Below, piece after piece: positions 36,880 through 50,700 of a stretch of 64,000 bases of DNA (its first letter is position 1; each line of letters begins with the position of its first letter). Both the position numbers and the translations under genes were made by a program. The stretch covers positions 1,618,561-1,682,560 of the forward strand of contig NC_068992.1 of the NCBI RefSeq assembly GCF_001194135.2, written 5' to 3'. This DNA comes from Octopus bimaculoides. Its lineage: Eukaryota. The notes under the pieces are model-generated. The model worked only from the letters and a program-made list of their open reading frames with translations, searched no databases and was not told the DNA's origin.

Positions 36880-38755
36880 AAAACATCAGTCTATGCTCCC
36901 ATTCAAATATTTGCAAGATTGAAATTTTTCAAGATAAGGTAACCAACCAACTACCCACATCACGTTTTCTCTTCATTCTTACTGAGACTCACATTAAAAA
37001 CTCTCACTTGGAAAGATGAAGTAAAAGTGAGGAATTATATCACCATTGATGCAGACTACACCTGTAGAAATAGGGAAGGATATGTTGTTTTCCTACACGA
37101 CTCATTTGGAGTAGATGCAAATCTTTCATTCTCCAATGTTTATTGTGAATCTGTGTTTTGTGTATAACAAAACTAATGATTTAGCAATAAGTGTGCTCAG
37201 TAGGCAAACTCAAGTACCACAAATGTATTTCACAGAATCTTTCATGAAAATTAACGACAATGCTAATCTGAAAAATATTTTCATGATGGGTGACTAAACC
37301 TAATTACAACTCATATCGTCAAATTGTTCGGCAGAGCAGTGACATGCCTAGGAACTCTCTGCAAAGTAACATCCTACTTATTCTCATCCAGCAAATGGCA
37401 GAGAGTGCTTCTGCATCACTTTGATGACATCCTATTGGCCCTGGGGTATGGTGGTTCCAATCCAGGTGTCACTATCGTGACTTCCGCAAGGCCATCGATA
37501 AGGTTGCACACAGCATCCGTTCACGAGAATGGAGGAGTCGGAGGGAAACAAGGAGAAATCAATTTTTTTTCTGGTGAACAGAATCCAGTAAGTAGTGTTC
37601 GATGATGGTCGATCAAGTTCAGCTAGATTCATCAGTGGAGTCCCACAAAGCACTGTATTGGGACTATTCCTTTTATTTTTATATTTATGACATCAAACAG
37701 AGCAGCATTAGAATCTTTACGGGTGACTATGCTTCTGATATTGTCAGGAGGCCGGACTAATCTTCAATCGGATCTGCTCGATGTTATCCAATGGACGGGA
37801 AAGCGCAAGCATTTGTAGCGAAACGAAAATATATTTGAATTAATCCATTTCGGTAAAGATGCTACTCATAAGCTACCATACACTTATCCCTCGGACGAAA
37901 ACCTTGGCCAATGATGGCCCAAATTTAATTTAGTATCTAATTATGCATACATAGATACACACAAATACACACACAAATACACACACAAACACGTGCGCGA
38001 GAACACACACACACATAGTGGAAAGTATGTGTACAAATACATGTATGACTATGCTGCTATGTTTAGTAACATTTATCAAACTAGAATTACCAACCAACGC
38101 TTCTACACCTATGTATATATATATGCGACTAAACGAGAGAAATCTGAGCTGATGCATTTCGGATAATAGACATGCTCAAACAACAATATTCTTTTCCTTC
38201 GGGTGATCCACTTACAGCATTTACTACAAGAATTAAGGGCATCACTGATCTCGATTATAGGGACTACCTTAAAACATTGAAACTTTATTCTCTCCATCGC
38301 TGCCGTCAACAATACATCATTTGCACGATGTGGAGAATATACCACTAGCATTGCTCAACCGACTTCAATATTTGTTTCAGAATTCATCCAAGGCTAGGAC
38401 CACGGGCCATACGATCCCAACCTAATTCAAGATCACAACATATAAATACTGTAACACAATTTCTTTTCCTCAAGAGGCCCTGACCTATTTATCATTGCCC
38501 CGAAGAAAATCAAACAGGAAAAGCATCCCATCACCGTTAAACGGAATCTGGACATATTTCTTCACGGATACCAGATAAGCCACATATACTAGCGATACAA
38601 CTCATTCAACAAGAATTCCCTACTCCAATGGGCCATGATACCATAAAAATTCACTTCGAAAGGATTTAGCAAATCCTATCAGGGGGTGCTATCCAGGTAT
38701 ATCGGTCCATGGCCTGCACCGATTTTGGTTGAAGACTACCTAAGTTACCAAGGTA
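36880..38755 (+). mobile_element. CR1-clade LINE (APE + RT + 3' end), internally deleted and split by a microsatellite
   Basis: LTETH (36978), SFSNVYCES, MMGD*; RT motifs DFRKAIDKVAH (about 37480) and SGVPQSTVLGLFL (37634); 3' part AFTTRIKGITDLDYRDYLKTLKLYSL..HPRLG..SSRGPDLF..KRNLD. It ends in a TA/GATA tail. Confidence 0.85.
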
Positions 38756-38759
38756 TATT

Positions 38760-38873
38760 AAGTCATATATATAAATATAAACATATATTGTATATGTATA
38801 TGGACATACATACAGACAGGCTGACAGAAAGACAGATAGGAAGGTAGATAGATAGACAGACAGACAGACATAC

Positions 38874-38942
<69 letters not shown>

Positions 38943-38997
38943 TACAGACAGACAGACATACATACAGATAGATAGATAGATAGATAGATAGACAGAC

Positions 38998-39062
<65 letters not shown>

Positions 39063-39069
39063 CACAGAC

Positions 39070-39134
<65 letters not shown>

Positions 39135-39135
39135 T
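38760..39135. repeat. (GATA)n/(GACA)n compound microsatellite
   Basis: Seen directly at the 3' end of the CR1-like LINE. Confidence 0.95.
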
Positions 39136-40069
39136 GAGAACGATTCCTAATATTTCATATTTTCAAGTAATCAAAATTCGTTTAGTTATTTAATTCTTAC
39201 AGCTTAATTGATTTACACGTCTAAACATATTGACAGGTGAGTAACTTTCTCATTGCTGATAGTAGTCCTGATTATATCTTGAAATAAAAGAAGTAAACGA
39301 AAATTGAGCATATAAGTCTTGTAGAGACGTCGGTATCCGGTATCTGTATTTTCACAACTATTTGCAATCATTGTTTGATGCGGATTTGTTATATCTGTCA
39401 AGAATGAAATACATTCAATGGAATAAATATGATTATATAATTGTTTTGCATTTAGGCAGGAAGAATTTTGAGCGAAGAATGCTAGAGTATACCTCTACTG
39501 GACTGATGAATGGCAAAGGTGACTTCGCCGGGATTTCAACACAACACTCAAATAACCGGAACATATACTTACATAATATCATTCCAACTAATGTCGGTAC
39601 AGTTCACTCAATCTGATTTTTTGTTGTTGTTAGGTCATCAATGTTAAACCACTATATTGCATTTAAATCTACAATCCTATTGGGTAATACAGAGGTGTAG
39701 AATATAAATAATCTAGAAATGTATTTGAAAGCGAAGTGCATTGACATAGCGAAGTGCAGAATAAACAAATAAGCAATCGGATTCGCTAGCCACACATGAT
39801 ATTCCATGAATTTCATATAGAGGAATACAGTATTGATTCGTTCAGTAACTGATGTTCAAGCATTTAAGCAGTAACTCAATTGCTACTCAAAGACGAAACA
39901 ACGATTACTTGATAAATATTCATAAAATTCCGGGATTATGTAATATTAATATTATTAGTACATCTGATAGCATCAATGTTTGAGCTAAATTTTGATAAAC
40001 ATTCACCTTTAGTATTGCAATTGGAATTCTTACAACGTCTCATTCCTTCTGTTTGTATTTTTTACAGTA

Positions 40070-40340
<271 letters not shown>

Positions 40341-40707
40341 ACTAGCAATGCGTCCCGGCATTGCCCGGGCCGTTATGAACTACAGCTCCATTGTATGTAT
40401 TATTTGTTCGTTTTTTATGGACAGAATAAGCACAGGTGATATGTATTGAACTGGATTACTGGCTTGATGGAAGTTATTGTTTGTTTAAAAATGATTAGTT
40501 GGGTAGAATTTGCATGTGTTTGCATGAAAGAGCTTTCCGCTCTTATCACAAACACGAATTACAGAATACAAAAATATCGTTTCAATTGAATTTGAGATGA
40601 AATTGTACGCGTGCACACAGCAAGAAGTAACATAATTCGTACTGAAGTTTTAGCTAGAGAGTGTGTTTGTGCGTGGGGTGTGTATGTGTATGTGTCTGTG
40701 CCTCCGT

Positions 40708-40819
40708 GGGTGGGTGCGGGCGGGCGTGTCAAGGGATGATATTTTAGTGCGTTTTTTTTTTTGTTTGGAGCCGCAACATTGTCAGCTCGATCATATGGTC
40801 GATCATATGTGATCATATG
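40708..40819 (+). promoter_or_regulatory. Possible regulatory cluster: G-quadruplex/GC-box-like motif plus three CATATG E-boxes
   Basis: GGGtGGGtgcGGGcGGG at 40708-40724; gatcatatg at 40789, 40801 and 40811. Function is not shown by the sequence. Confidence 0.25.
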
Positions 40820-41492
40820 ATTCTTCCTTTATTTCCGTGAAAGTTTGTCATTACTTTATGCCTTGAAGAGATTAGAAGTTGAAAGTTACTTTTGCGACAC
40901 GTTTGATTGTTTGGTCAATGTTGGACTGTGTCAGTTTGAAGAGATTTTGGTCTGGCGTTCCTAATTGTGTATCTGGTGTTGAAGAAGCGAAAATTATACC
41001 AAAACTCATGATGTAACGGTCTCATGATGCCGTTGCTGACGGACAATCTTTTGTTGCTATAACGTGCTGTATAGATCTTAACATCTCTATGAGATAATTT
41101 CTCAGAGCGGCAACTGCATGTTACGACATTAAAAACAAGACTTCGGAGTTAACCTCGATGTGCAGATTAATGTTGGTTACAAAGGCGGCTTCCGTCGGTA
41201 AAAGCTTATATATAGAGATATATCTGTATACAACGGACATCGGACAACATCTGCTTGTCATTTCTACTAAGAAAGCTTTCATCAGTCAAATTCGCACGCA
41301 GTAGGGTTCAATCAGAAATCAATCTCCTGACCATACAGCCACATATGTGTGAGTGTTTGTGTATATGCATGTATACACATCCCTCCACAAGTATGTATAA
41401 AGAAGGAGAAAGAGAAAGAAAGATGCATATGTGTACTTCCTTATCAGGTATAACTTCATATATCTCTATATTATGTTCAAAAACCATACATT

Positions 41493-41573
<81 letters not shown>

Positions 41574-41614
41574 TTATATACATATATATATATGTGTGTG
41601 ATTGTATGTGTACG

Positions 41615-41663
<49 letters not shown>

Positions 41664-43172
41664 GTGTGAGTTTATACGTCTTTGTGCGTTTCACTGTCTG
41701 TGCCTGTGAGTGTGCATTTCTGTGAGTGTGCATATGTGTGTGTGTGTGTGTGTGCGTATTTGTAGCTGAATATATAACCTTTGATGCATTATATGCTGCT
41801 CTTGTCACACAAAAGAAACAACCAAGTAAATCATATCTTTCGACTGAAAGATATAAATACGCTAAACATATTCATATGTATTGCATATACATATATATAC
41901 ACATTAGGTAAATATATTCGTGCATTATACACATATACATTAGGTAAACATACTCGTATATTATGCCTTTTTAGTTAAATTACTTTAGATTGTCTACCTT
42001 TATATTCTAAGCATATTTATGTACACTCAGATATATAAATATTTCCATGTTTTATTACTTAGACAGAGAGATATCCCTTTTTGCAGAAGACGTTACTTAG
42101 GAACAAATTATATTACAATGTATTATAGCCTCTAATACTGTATTCTACTCTATACTGATTATATTTAATCGTTTGTTTGTTTTTTTACATTTTTTCATAT
42201 GGTTTAGTAATGTCCATAGAAATACATTTCTAGGAAGGAATGTTGTGCCATTTTGTTTTTAATTATATCCATGCGTTTATATAGATCTATAGATGTTTCT
42301 TTTTTTTTAGTCGTATTAAACATACGTCTTTACATTTCCACATATACAATTCAAAGACAAACTATGTTTGTATATGATAAATCTCTACGGATTAAAGTAT
42401 AGAAACTTTTTATTGGAAATCAATGTGTCTGAATTTTGTTTTGCGTTTATTTTCTTACGGTTTCCTTATTTTTGCACCCCCTCCCGTTTTTCGTTTTCGT
42501 TTTTCTTCTTTTTCGTTTTTAAAAATGTTTATCGTATCATTCTAAGTACTTGTGTTGGTTTGTGAAAAGTTTTACTTCCGAAATAAGTCAAGTGAATAAA
42601 CAAGCCAACAGATAAACGGCATTCCGTCTTAGACACCATACATGTGTGTTGTGTGTCTACTTGTACAAATCGTGGATTTAACAGATCTTTCACTATTGTG
42701 GATGTTTTTAGGAATAAGAGCATTGTGTCTAGGGACATGTTGTGTGATAAATATTGAAAAGGGAACCAGAGAATAAAAGAGATTAATGCAAGGTCAGAAA
42801 GAGCTGGTGTGGGAAATATACGAATATTAATATGTATATTACTTATTGTCAAAATCGAACAATGAACAAATTGTAAGCAAATACGGGGTCTTTATTTCAA
42901 TGGCATCACAATCACACCAAACGTACTCGGTTAATGTTTAAAACATTTCACTCAAATCCAGCGCTTCAAAATCGTTTACAGCGTGAGTTCAAATATCATC
43001 ATCCAATCTACACCGACGTAAGTTTCCATTCCACAGAGACGTAATGGAAATGTACACTAAGGTTATTTCAGTGGATTATTGCAGTGCCATTACGCGCAGT
43101 CTTCCTTGCAAGCACATACCCTCCTCTTCCACCTCCCTTCCCTCCTTTTCCTCCTCCTCCTCCTCCTCCTCC

Positions 43173-43179
<7 letters not shown>

Positions 43180-43206
<27 letters not shown>

Positions 43207-43335
43207 TCAACATCCGATTTCCTTGCCAGTATGAGTTGGAAAGATTGAGAGGAGCTGGCAAACTGAGGGTCCGTACCAGATTCCAGTCTGATGTGGCTTG
43301 GTTTCTACAACTGGATGCCTTTCAAAATGATCAGC
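43180..43335 (-). mobile_element. SINE 3' portion with (GAT)n tail
   Basis: (cat)n followed by catccgatttccttgccagtatgagttgg...ggtttctacaactggatgcctt. It resembles a recalled octopus SINE 3' end; there is no full partner in the window. Confidence 0.5.
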
Positions 43336-43599
43336 CAGAAGCGATACGAACGGTAAAAGTGTGTACTGGAAATTGACTGAGATTATTGTGGACTTCTCGA
43401 TTTGTACAATTAAAGAGTCGGCTGAATAATTCTATAAACTTAAAGCATTGTAATACAGAATTGTAACTGGAACATACCAGTAATGATTTACATTTAGAAT
43501 GAGAACATTTCGAGTTTAATTCCAGGGATATTTTTCTTTTATTTCTTGAAGTCAGTCGTTTGAGACTATGGCTGTTCATGACTTTGGCAAATCTTGATA

Positions 43600-43800
43600 A
43601 GCATTTCCCATACTGGTCGGTTTTTCAATTGGGTTGGCCATTTATGATAATCAATTTCTTTCTGCTTCTTATTCCTTTCTGTAGTATCATTCAATCTCAG
43701 TCTAGGTCTTCTATGGTTTCTCTTTCCTTTGCACAGATGGGAGTAAAATAGTTATCCGGGGGCCTATTGCAGTTCATCCTGTGTACGTGTTCCGAACAAC
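43600..43800 (-). mobile_element. RTE-clade LINE 3' end
   Basis: Minus-strand HVHRMNCNRP then LFYSHLCKGKRNHRRPRLRLNDT..IDYHKW..NRPVW (cf. GHVxRM..QLLYSQL..GKRxxGRPRLRFKD..DRxxW). Confidence 0.7.
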
Positions 43801-46489
43801 ATAGATTTCTATCAATGAGGATTTCCATCATAGGAGACAGAACAGATCAGCAATCCGGAAAATTACAATTGTTGATTTATAGAAATCATTACATGATGTT
43901 TTATGAAAATTTCTCATATATCTATGACAACTATTTGAATGTTACTGTCAATATCATTTGCAACAAAATGAACTCAGTATGAGTTAATTCAATAAATATG
44001 AAATCGAATTATTTCAACTGAATCGCTACTGAAATACATTGAAACTGATGTTGCTCTTCGGAAGGGTCTGTTTATTTATCAGCAAATACATTTGGCATTT
44101 GGCAGTATTTGTGAATAATTGTGAATATAATGAATTACTATGAAAATGGTTGTTCAAATGTAATGAGGATTTCTCTTGGCAAAATCGGTTGTAACACTGT
44201 TAATGTATTTAGTGGGAAGTGTGAAATGAAAGGATTAAGAGTGTTTCCTTAGCGTGCAACGATTAACTCCAATTTCCCTCTGGGTCCATATTACGTAATG
44301 GGAAATCACAGTACATTATGTTCTGACATAGATCCAAAACCCGTTCCTCAAGAATTTTATATTCCTGTAAGAAGCTCATTATTATGAAAACTGAATAATA
44401 AAAACAACCGGATTAATATGTGTTTTAAAAATTTCTTTTAGGAACAAATTTAATGGAGGATTGAGTAACGTTCTTTAGATGCCCACCTTCACTTTTATGC
44501 TTCGCTTAAAATTTCTTTCTCTTTATTTTTTATTGAGAAAGAAAAATAAATATATTCCACAGATGAAACGTCATATTTTTTATTTTTGTTTTCATTATTC
44601 TTTCGTTCACGGAATTGCCTAAACGATATCTAAATCATTATTTTTCTTTCTGTAGAGGCATTGTTAACGGTATAAACTTCTTTTCGTTTAGATTAGTCAT
44701 CGTTTCATTAAAATTTAAAATAAAACATCAATAATAATATGAGGAAATATGTTGAATTTTATGCTGAACAACTGAATTGTATTTGTTACTTCGGTTTTGT
44801 GTGGTTTTCGTTTTTTGTTTCTTCTATGAAATTAGAAATACAAAAGTTAAGAAACAGGATGCTAAAGCGAATCACATTGAATGGGGAAGTAGGCCCTGAT
44901 AATGCTACAAGACAAACGCGACTAGTATTTCCTTGAAAAAGCTAGTCAATACGCCTGTCTTACGAATAGCTTCTGGAAGAAAATTAAATCTTAATGACAA
45001 AGCAAGACTCCCTCACTCCATCACATTACAGTTTAACCACATTTATCGCAGGAAATCAATAACTGCGAAGAAAAAAGTTTGCAAATACACTCACGCGCAT
45101 TCTTATCCTGCAGAGACATGAATTCATGTGGAGACGCATAAAATGATTCATATCCATGCAAACACTGTTGCACATACCAGTAAAATCTATCCATTGAAAG
45201 TATAAGTCACGTGGTTATTGTATTTAAACAATAGGCTCCATTCATTCAAAACGTTCTCTATTGTAGCAAAGTATATACCTGTGCGCATAGCGTGGGTGGT
45301 TCGTTTCGTAATCTTCAAGCTACTAAAACTGTAGAATGTGCATGAAAGATTCGCCAGAGAATACAGTGTATTTGCATAATTTTGATCCTCGCCAATGTAA
45401 TCCATTCTGTTAAGTATATGAAAACTGTATTGGTAATGGAATATTCATCATAATCTATTGACGCTTACATTATTGAACATACAACTAATCTAATAAATAA
45501 TTAAAATTTCAATGTGGACAGCATAGATATGAGAGTGAGCTGGTTTGATTTGTATGGTACTTTGTTTTATAATGGTTTTGGAATGAAATAGTTTTGGCGA
45601 GCTTTCAATTCCTAGTTCATGATTGCACTTAACTAAATTTTTATTCATTGCTCCAAGTACCGTTCACTGCCATTTATCCCATTCGATCATTTAAATGTGC
45701 ATAAAGTGGAATTACAGACAAGACGCTAAGAAATGTGATGTTGTTGCTAGTATAAAATAAATTGTAATGGCTATGTCTGTTTTAATATCCAGCTAAATGC
45801 TTCTCAATGTGTCAATTTCCTTCATATTTGTAATGAAGTAGTATATATGATAACGTTGTGTCTATAAAAATGAATTTATCAAGTTCGAAGTAGACCAGTG
45901 CCGTAGATAATCGGCTCTGATCTCTCCATACTGTTCAATAAGTTTCATGTTCCTGACACTTAAATATCCATGTTTCCCTTTGTAGTGAAAATTCCCTTGT
46001 GGATCAAGACATTGGTGGATATAATTGGAAAGCCAAATAATTTTGCCACTATTACGATTAATACATACATACGTACACATATGTATGTATATACATATAC
46101 AGACATACACACATACACACACACACATACACACACACACAAATATATATATATTAATATTCCCATACGCTTAGTACAAAACAGATATTAAAAGTAGGAT
46201 TTTTATTAATAAAATAAGTACAACAAACGCTACAGTTACTTCTGAGGGATTATGAACTATCTTCCTGGCAATTTTCGTTAATGAGTTTATAGTAAAAGTA
46301 TTTTTAGAAAATGAAACAGATTTTAGAAATGCTTGAAATTCTCTTCACAAGACTAAGCATCTTGCAAAGAAGCGTTAATGTATAGAAATATTAATAACAC
46401 AACGCACACACAAAAAAAGCTACTTACGGAATATACAATCATAGAAACCCCACCAACAGTCTACAATGACATAAATAGACTACAATATC

Positions 46490-46760
46490 ATCCGACAGGT
46501 GATGTTCCCCAGTGATGCGTTATCTCCCTCACTCTCTTCTGCACATCAATTATACGCATGATGTGATATCAAGCCATGACCATTCTTTTGCAGCTGATAT
46601 ATCCCCAACCATATAACATCTATGTTCAACACACTCGCCACACCTGAAGACCCCAGAGAATCTTCCAATGAGTCTATTTCTAGATTATCTCTTTTAAGTG
46701 CTGCAGATCCGAGCAAACTCTTTCATTTCGCTATATACGTCAATGTCCTCAGATTAAAAT
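46490..46760 (+). mobile_element. LINE reverse transcriptase core remnant
   Basis: GDVPQ*CVISLTLF (cf. GVPQGCVLSPxLF) followed at plausible spacing by SFAADI (cf. FADDI). Confidence 0.45.
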
Positions 46761-49700
46761 GGAATTGTTCATTTTATAATTTTATGGAAGAATATTTTTC
46801 CCAAGAAGATATTTTGATTTGTCACACAAATGTTAATGACAAACAGCTGTAGAATTACAAGCACAATGATATAATAGAATAGTCTTCAAAATAATGTATG
46901 CGTTGTTGAATAATATTTATTGCGAAAATATAGAGAAAAGGGATGTGTTTATGATTGAGTTGTTATCCCAGGATTGTCTGGAAAATATGGCGCCAATCTG
47001 CATTGAAAAGGCAGCTAACGGACGCTGTGCTTGTATGTAACAGGTATGTCTATAGAACTTATGTAATTGGATAACGCACAAGTAGCAAAATAAATAATAA
47101 TTATATATTTGACATGTCAAAAAACACGTGCGTAAGGGCGAATTCTATTTGTTTTGGTTGCGCTTGTTTGAAAAAGATGAAATATTTTTAAGTGATCCAT
47201 ATCGATATTTTTAGATTAGCATTATGCCAATGCTTGAGATAAAAGTCAACCATTTTGTTCAATTTAATTAACAAGAGTAAAAGAGTAAAAAGTTATTTTA
47301 CTGACTTCAAAGACAAACCTAAAACTGATAACTTTATTACTGTTTAGAAACAATTATCTGCACAACATCGAACGTTCTTTTTACTGCAGTGACAGCAAAA
47401 TCAAATGTAGTTTACAGTGGACAATTTAGAGATATTTCGATTTATAACACAATCCACATTGCTGTCGCATAAATTCTTAAAGCCCCTCGGAATTTAATAC
47501 ATGATGTAATTATCAAACGCCGCTACAGCAAATGTTAGTCGGGTTAATATGACATTTTTAAGGATATAATTTCTGATATATAAACGGAATATATAATACA
47601 TTATTTATCTGCTATTTCATCCGAGTTCGAAATAATATTGTGAGAATGAAATGTTGACAAAAATATTTTACATAAGCTAAGTAAACTGCCAAAGTGGCAA
47701 TGTTATACTTCCCCCTCTTTCGTTCATTTACCTACGTATACAGACAAAAGACTGCAGAGTTGCAACGAAAACACTTTTATATCGCAATCTCAATGAACAG
47801 TGAATATTTTTCGCGTGTGTTTTACATGGTTAAAATGTCTCTTGTACTAGTATAACGACTTCAGTTTTAATATATTGTGTCATATCAAGTCATTTACTAA
47901 AAAAAAATGTACAAAGCATAAATATACTAACATATGTGCATGTGTGTATACTAAAGGATGTGCATGTACATAATGTATAACATGATCTACTCAAATAACT
48001 GTGAATGTATGTATTAATATACAAACTACTATTTATTAATTTTATAAACAACTTGTGACTTAATGCAAAAATCAAATACACTACAAAAGTAGATTTCTGT
48101 TTTATTTTAAATACATGACGAAATAAAACAATAATGTAGATTTTATTCATTTTTTTATCACTCTGATATCTCTCCTACTATTTATCGTCACGATTTTTCA
48201 TTGACAATTCAAAAGACTATAATCTCATATCGAATTCCGTGTCATTAAACGTTATCTTGTTCGTGCGTGATATATATATTCCATTATGGTTTATAAAAGG
48301 TCATGTTTTTGTTTGTTAGTCATATGATATTTCAATGCTATTTATTAGGCACACCGTTATTTTGCTCGTGTTTCTCTTTTGGATATTTCCTCCTTCATGC
48401 TTATTACGTTTCATTACTTTTCCCACGTTGATTTATATCAGCCTTGTTATTTTTAAGTTCTTTATTTCTTAATTTTGTTATATTTTATTGGGTTTATTAG
48501 GTCACAGCTTAGATGATTTTCTCTTACAATAAATGCATTAGCTTATGACTATTCTCTGCAATTGTTTTCCCTCCTGTAATATATGGCACACATTATTTTG
48601 AGCTAATATTTGCAATGTATAACGCAACTATCATTCGGTTATTTTACAAACCATTAAACATTACGATTCCGATATTAATAATTGCCCTGGTTAAAAGCAG
48701 GCAGCCAATTCTGATTTCAAACTTCCGATGGCATGAGGTGACTGGTAAATATCGTTTCTTTGATTTATTTTATATATTTATCACTTTATAGTGCTACAAA
48801 TTGCACAATTAGAGAAAGTGATATATCCGTTTTTATATTCTCATTAAACTCAAAATTTCTTCCTGATCTCAATACACCCATAGACTAAAAATTATTTCGT
48901 TTTTGCATGAATTCTAAAATAACTCCTACTAACGAGCTGTTAACTAATACTTGCTGACAATTTTCATTATTAGTGGCCGTAATTATAGGTTGTACATAAA
49001 CGAATGAATAAGTTCTTCTTCATAAGTAGAGGAAGAAGAAATGAATATTTTTCAATTTTATTTAATTAGATCATTACCTTTAATGACACTTCAGATTGTT
49101 ACTTCACGAAGACTGCGACATATGATACTATAATTAACTAAAAGTGACAAGGCTCTAAACTAACGGTTTCCAAAGAGAACATTGCTGCTCCCATCATTGG
49201 AGGTGATGGAAAGAAGCTGGGGGGGGGCGTTGAAGAAAAGTGGGGTGATGATGGGGTGGCCAAAAAAGGGCAATGGATGTATAAGTGCCAAAATGATGGG
49301 TTAATTATGTCAAGTTTTAATTGTGAGATAAACGTTTGTTTAGAATTTGGTTCAGAAAATGGCCTATGTTAGTGTTGGTGAGGAGATAAGTGATACTAGG
49401 AATGTGGCCTGGTTATGAAGGAATGAGAGCACAAAAAAGTTCAGGATCTGCTGCTTTAACCAAACAAATGTCTTACTCAATAGGAAATTGTCACCTGGTC
49501 AGGCAGGAATAATTCTTTCCTTTCCTTTAAAGTCTGGTTGTTTCGTGGTTGCTTTGCCTTAAACGTCGTGAGCTTGACATTGATTATGCGTGAGAGAGAG
49601 AGACGGGGGAAAGAGCGCGAAGAATACGCGAGATAGAGTAAATAAGAAGAGATTTACCGTAAACTGGAAAGAGTCGTAAAAACAGAATATAAGGAGAGCT

Positions 49701-50349
49701 GGTTGTAAATTCAGTGGGAGAGTGAGGGAAGAAACAGGGGTGGGGGGTGAAATAAAACAAAACTGTGAGATTCTTATGTATCTTAAGGAAATGAAACACA
49801 AAGAAGATGATGCTGAGAAATAAGAGTGAAATTTTGGTAGAGAACTAAGAATGAGAGACCGAATTAAACCTGAAGGTTAAACAATATCAGAGACAGTTTG
49901 ACATTGCAGTTCATTAGATTTGTCAGTTGACAAGTTTTAAAATTTTCCTCTACCCACTACGAATATTTTCTGTTCATATTTTTCTACATCCCTTTCAATA
50001 CCACTGCTCTCCCTTTCACTATTAATCAAAACCAACTCCTCCTCCTCTTTTACAGATATCTGATACATAGATGAATGACCCAGCTCAATTTTATGAGTTA
50101 TAAAAATAAATAAATTTAGTAGTTAGAACCTTAATGGAAATGTGTAGCCATCTATGTATTTTATGTGCTGAAATCAGGGCTTACATGCCAACGTTTTGAT
50201 GTTTTATTATTCATCTGATGTGTGGGAATGTATTTTACACATTTGCCTTCACAAACACTCATGGATCAGTGACATCAATGCAGTTAATTTGTTTTTAAAC
50301 ACGCAAACACTTGAAAGGATTTGTTTGCATACTGATGGTCATAAACATC

Positions 50350-50700
50350 TTTGACGCGGACTAATACCCCTATGTGTTCGTAATGGTTTCGAAAACTGGG
50401 GACCTTATATCATTTTAACTAAACAATTCTTAAATTTTTAAAATTCTCCAGTCTTCTTTCCTCTGTTGCAAAGGGCCCGAGATGGTACTTTTTGTTGCTT
50501 CTCACTCAAACGTGAGCTCTTTAATTTTTTTTTTACTTTGGTTTAATGCTGTTACTTTCAGCGCGGCGAACTTAATGTGGTGCGAACTGATCCTATCTGA
50601 ACACAAGTATACACGTATTGCATCCGTCCTGATGGAAGACTTTTGGCACGGCCTACTCCCAACTGTCTCTTTTATTGTTTCTTCTCGAAACATCATATAG
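50350..50700 (-). mobile_element. Tc1/mariner catalytic-domain remnant
   Basis: Minus-strand ETVGSRP(fs)VFHQDG (cf. VAxGRPYVFQQDxAP). A decayed WPPxSPDLNP-like segment lies near 50360-50405. Confidence 0.35.

Noticed and set aside
39503-39540. CTGATGA-ggc...gcc hammerhead candidate
   Set aside because: The stem is followed by GGGA rather than GAAA and there is no cleavage triplet context.
42630-42780. THAP-domain-like peptide CCVSTCTNR
   Set aside because: The conserved FP, W, C and HF residues do not follow.
50474-50620. Two plus-strand mini-exons with AG/GT signals
   Set aside because: The implied intron is only 50 nt, and the region is better explained as a minus-strand mariner remnant.
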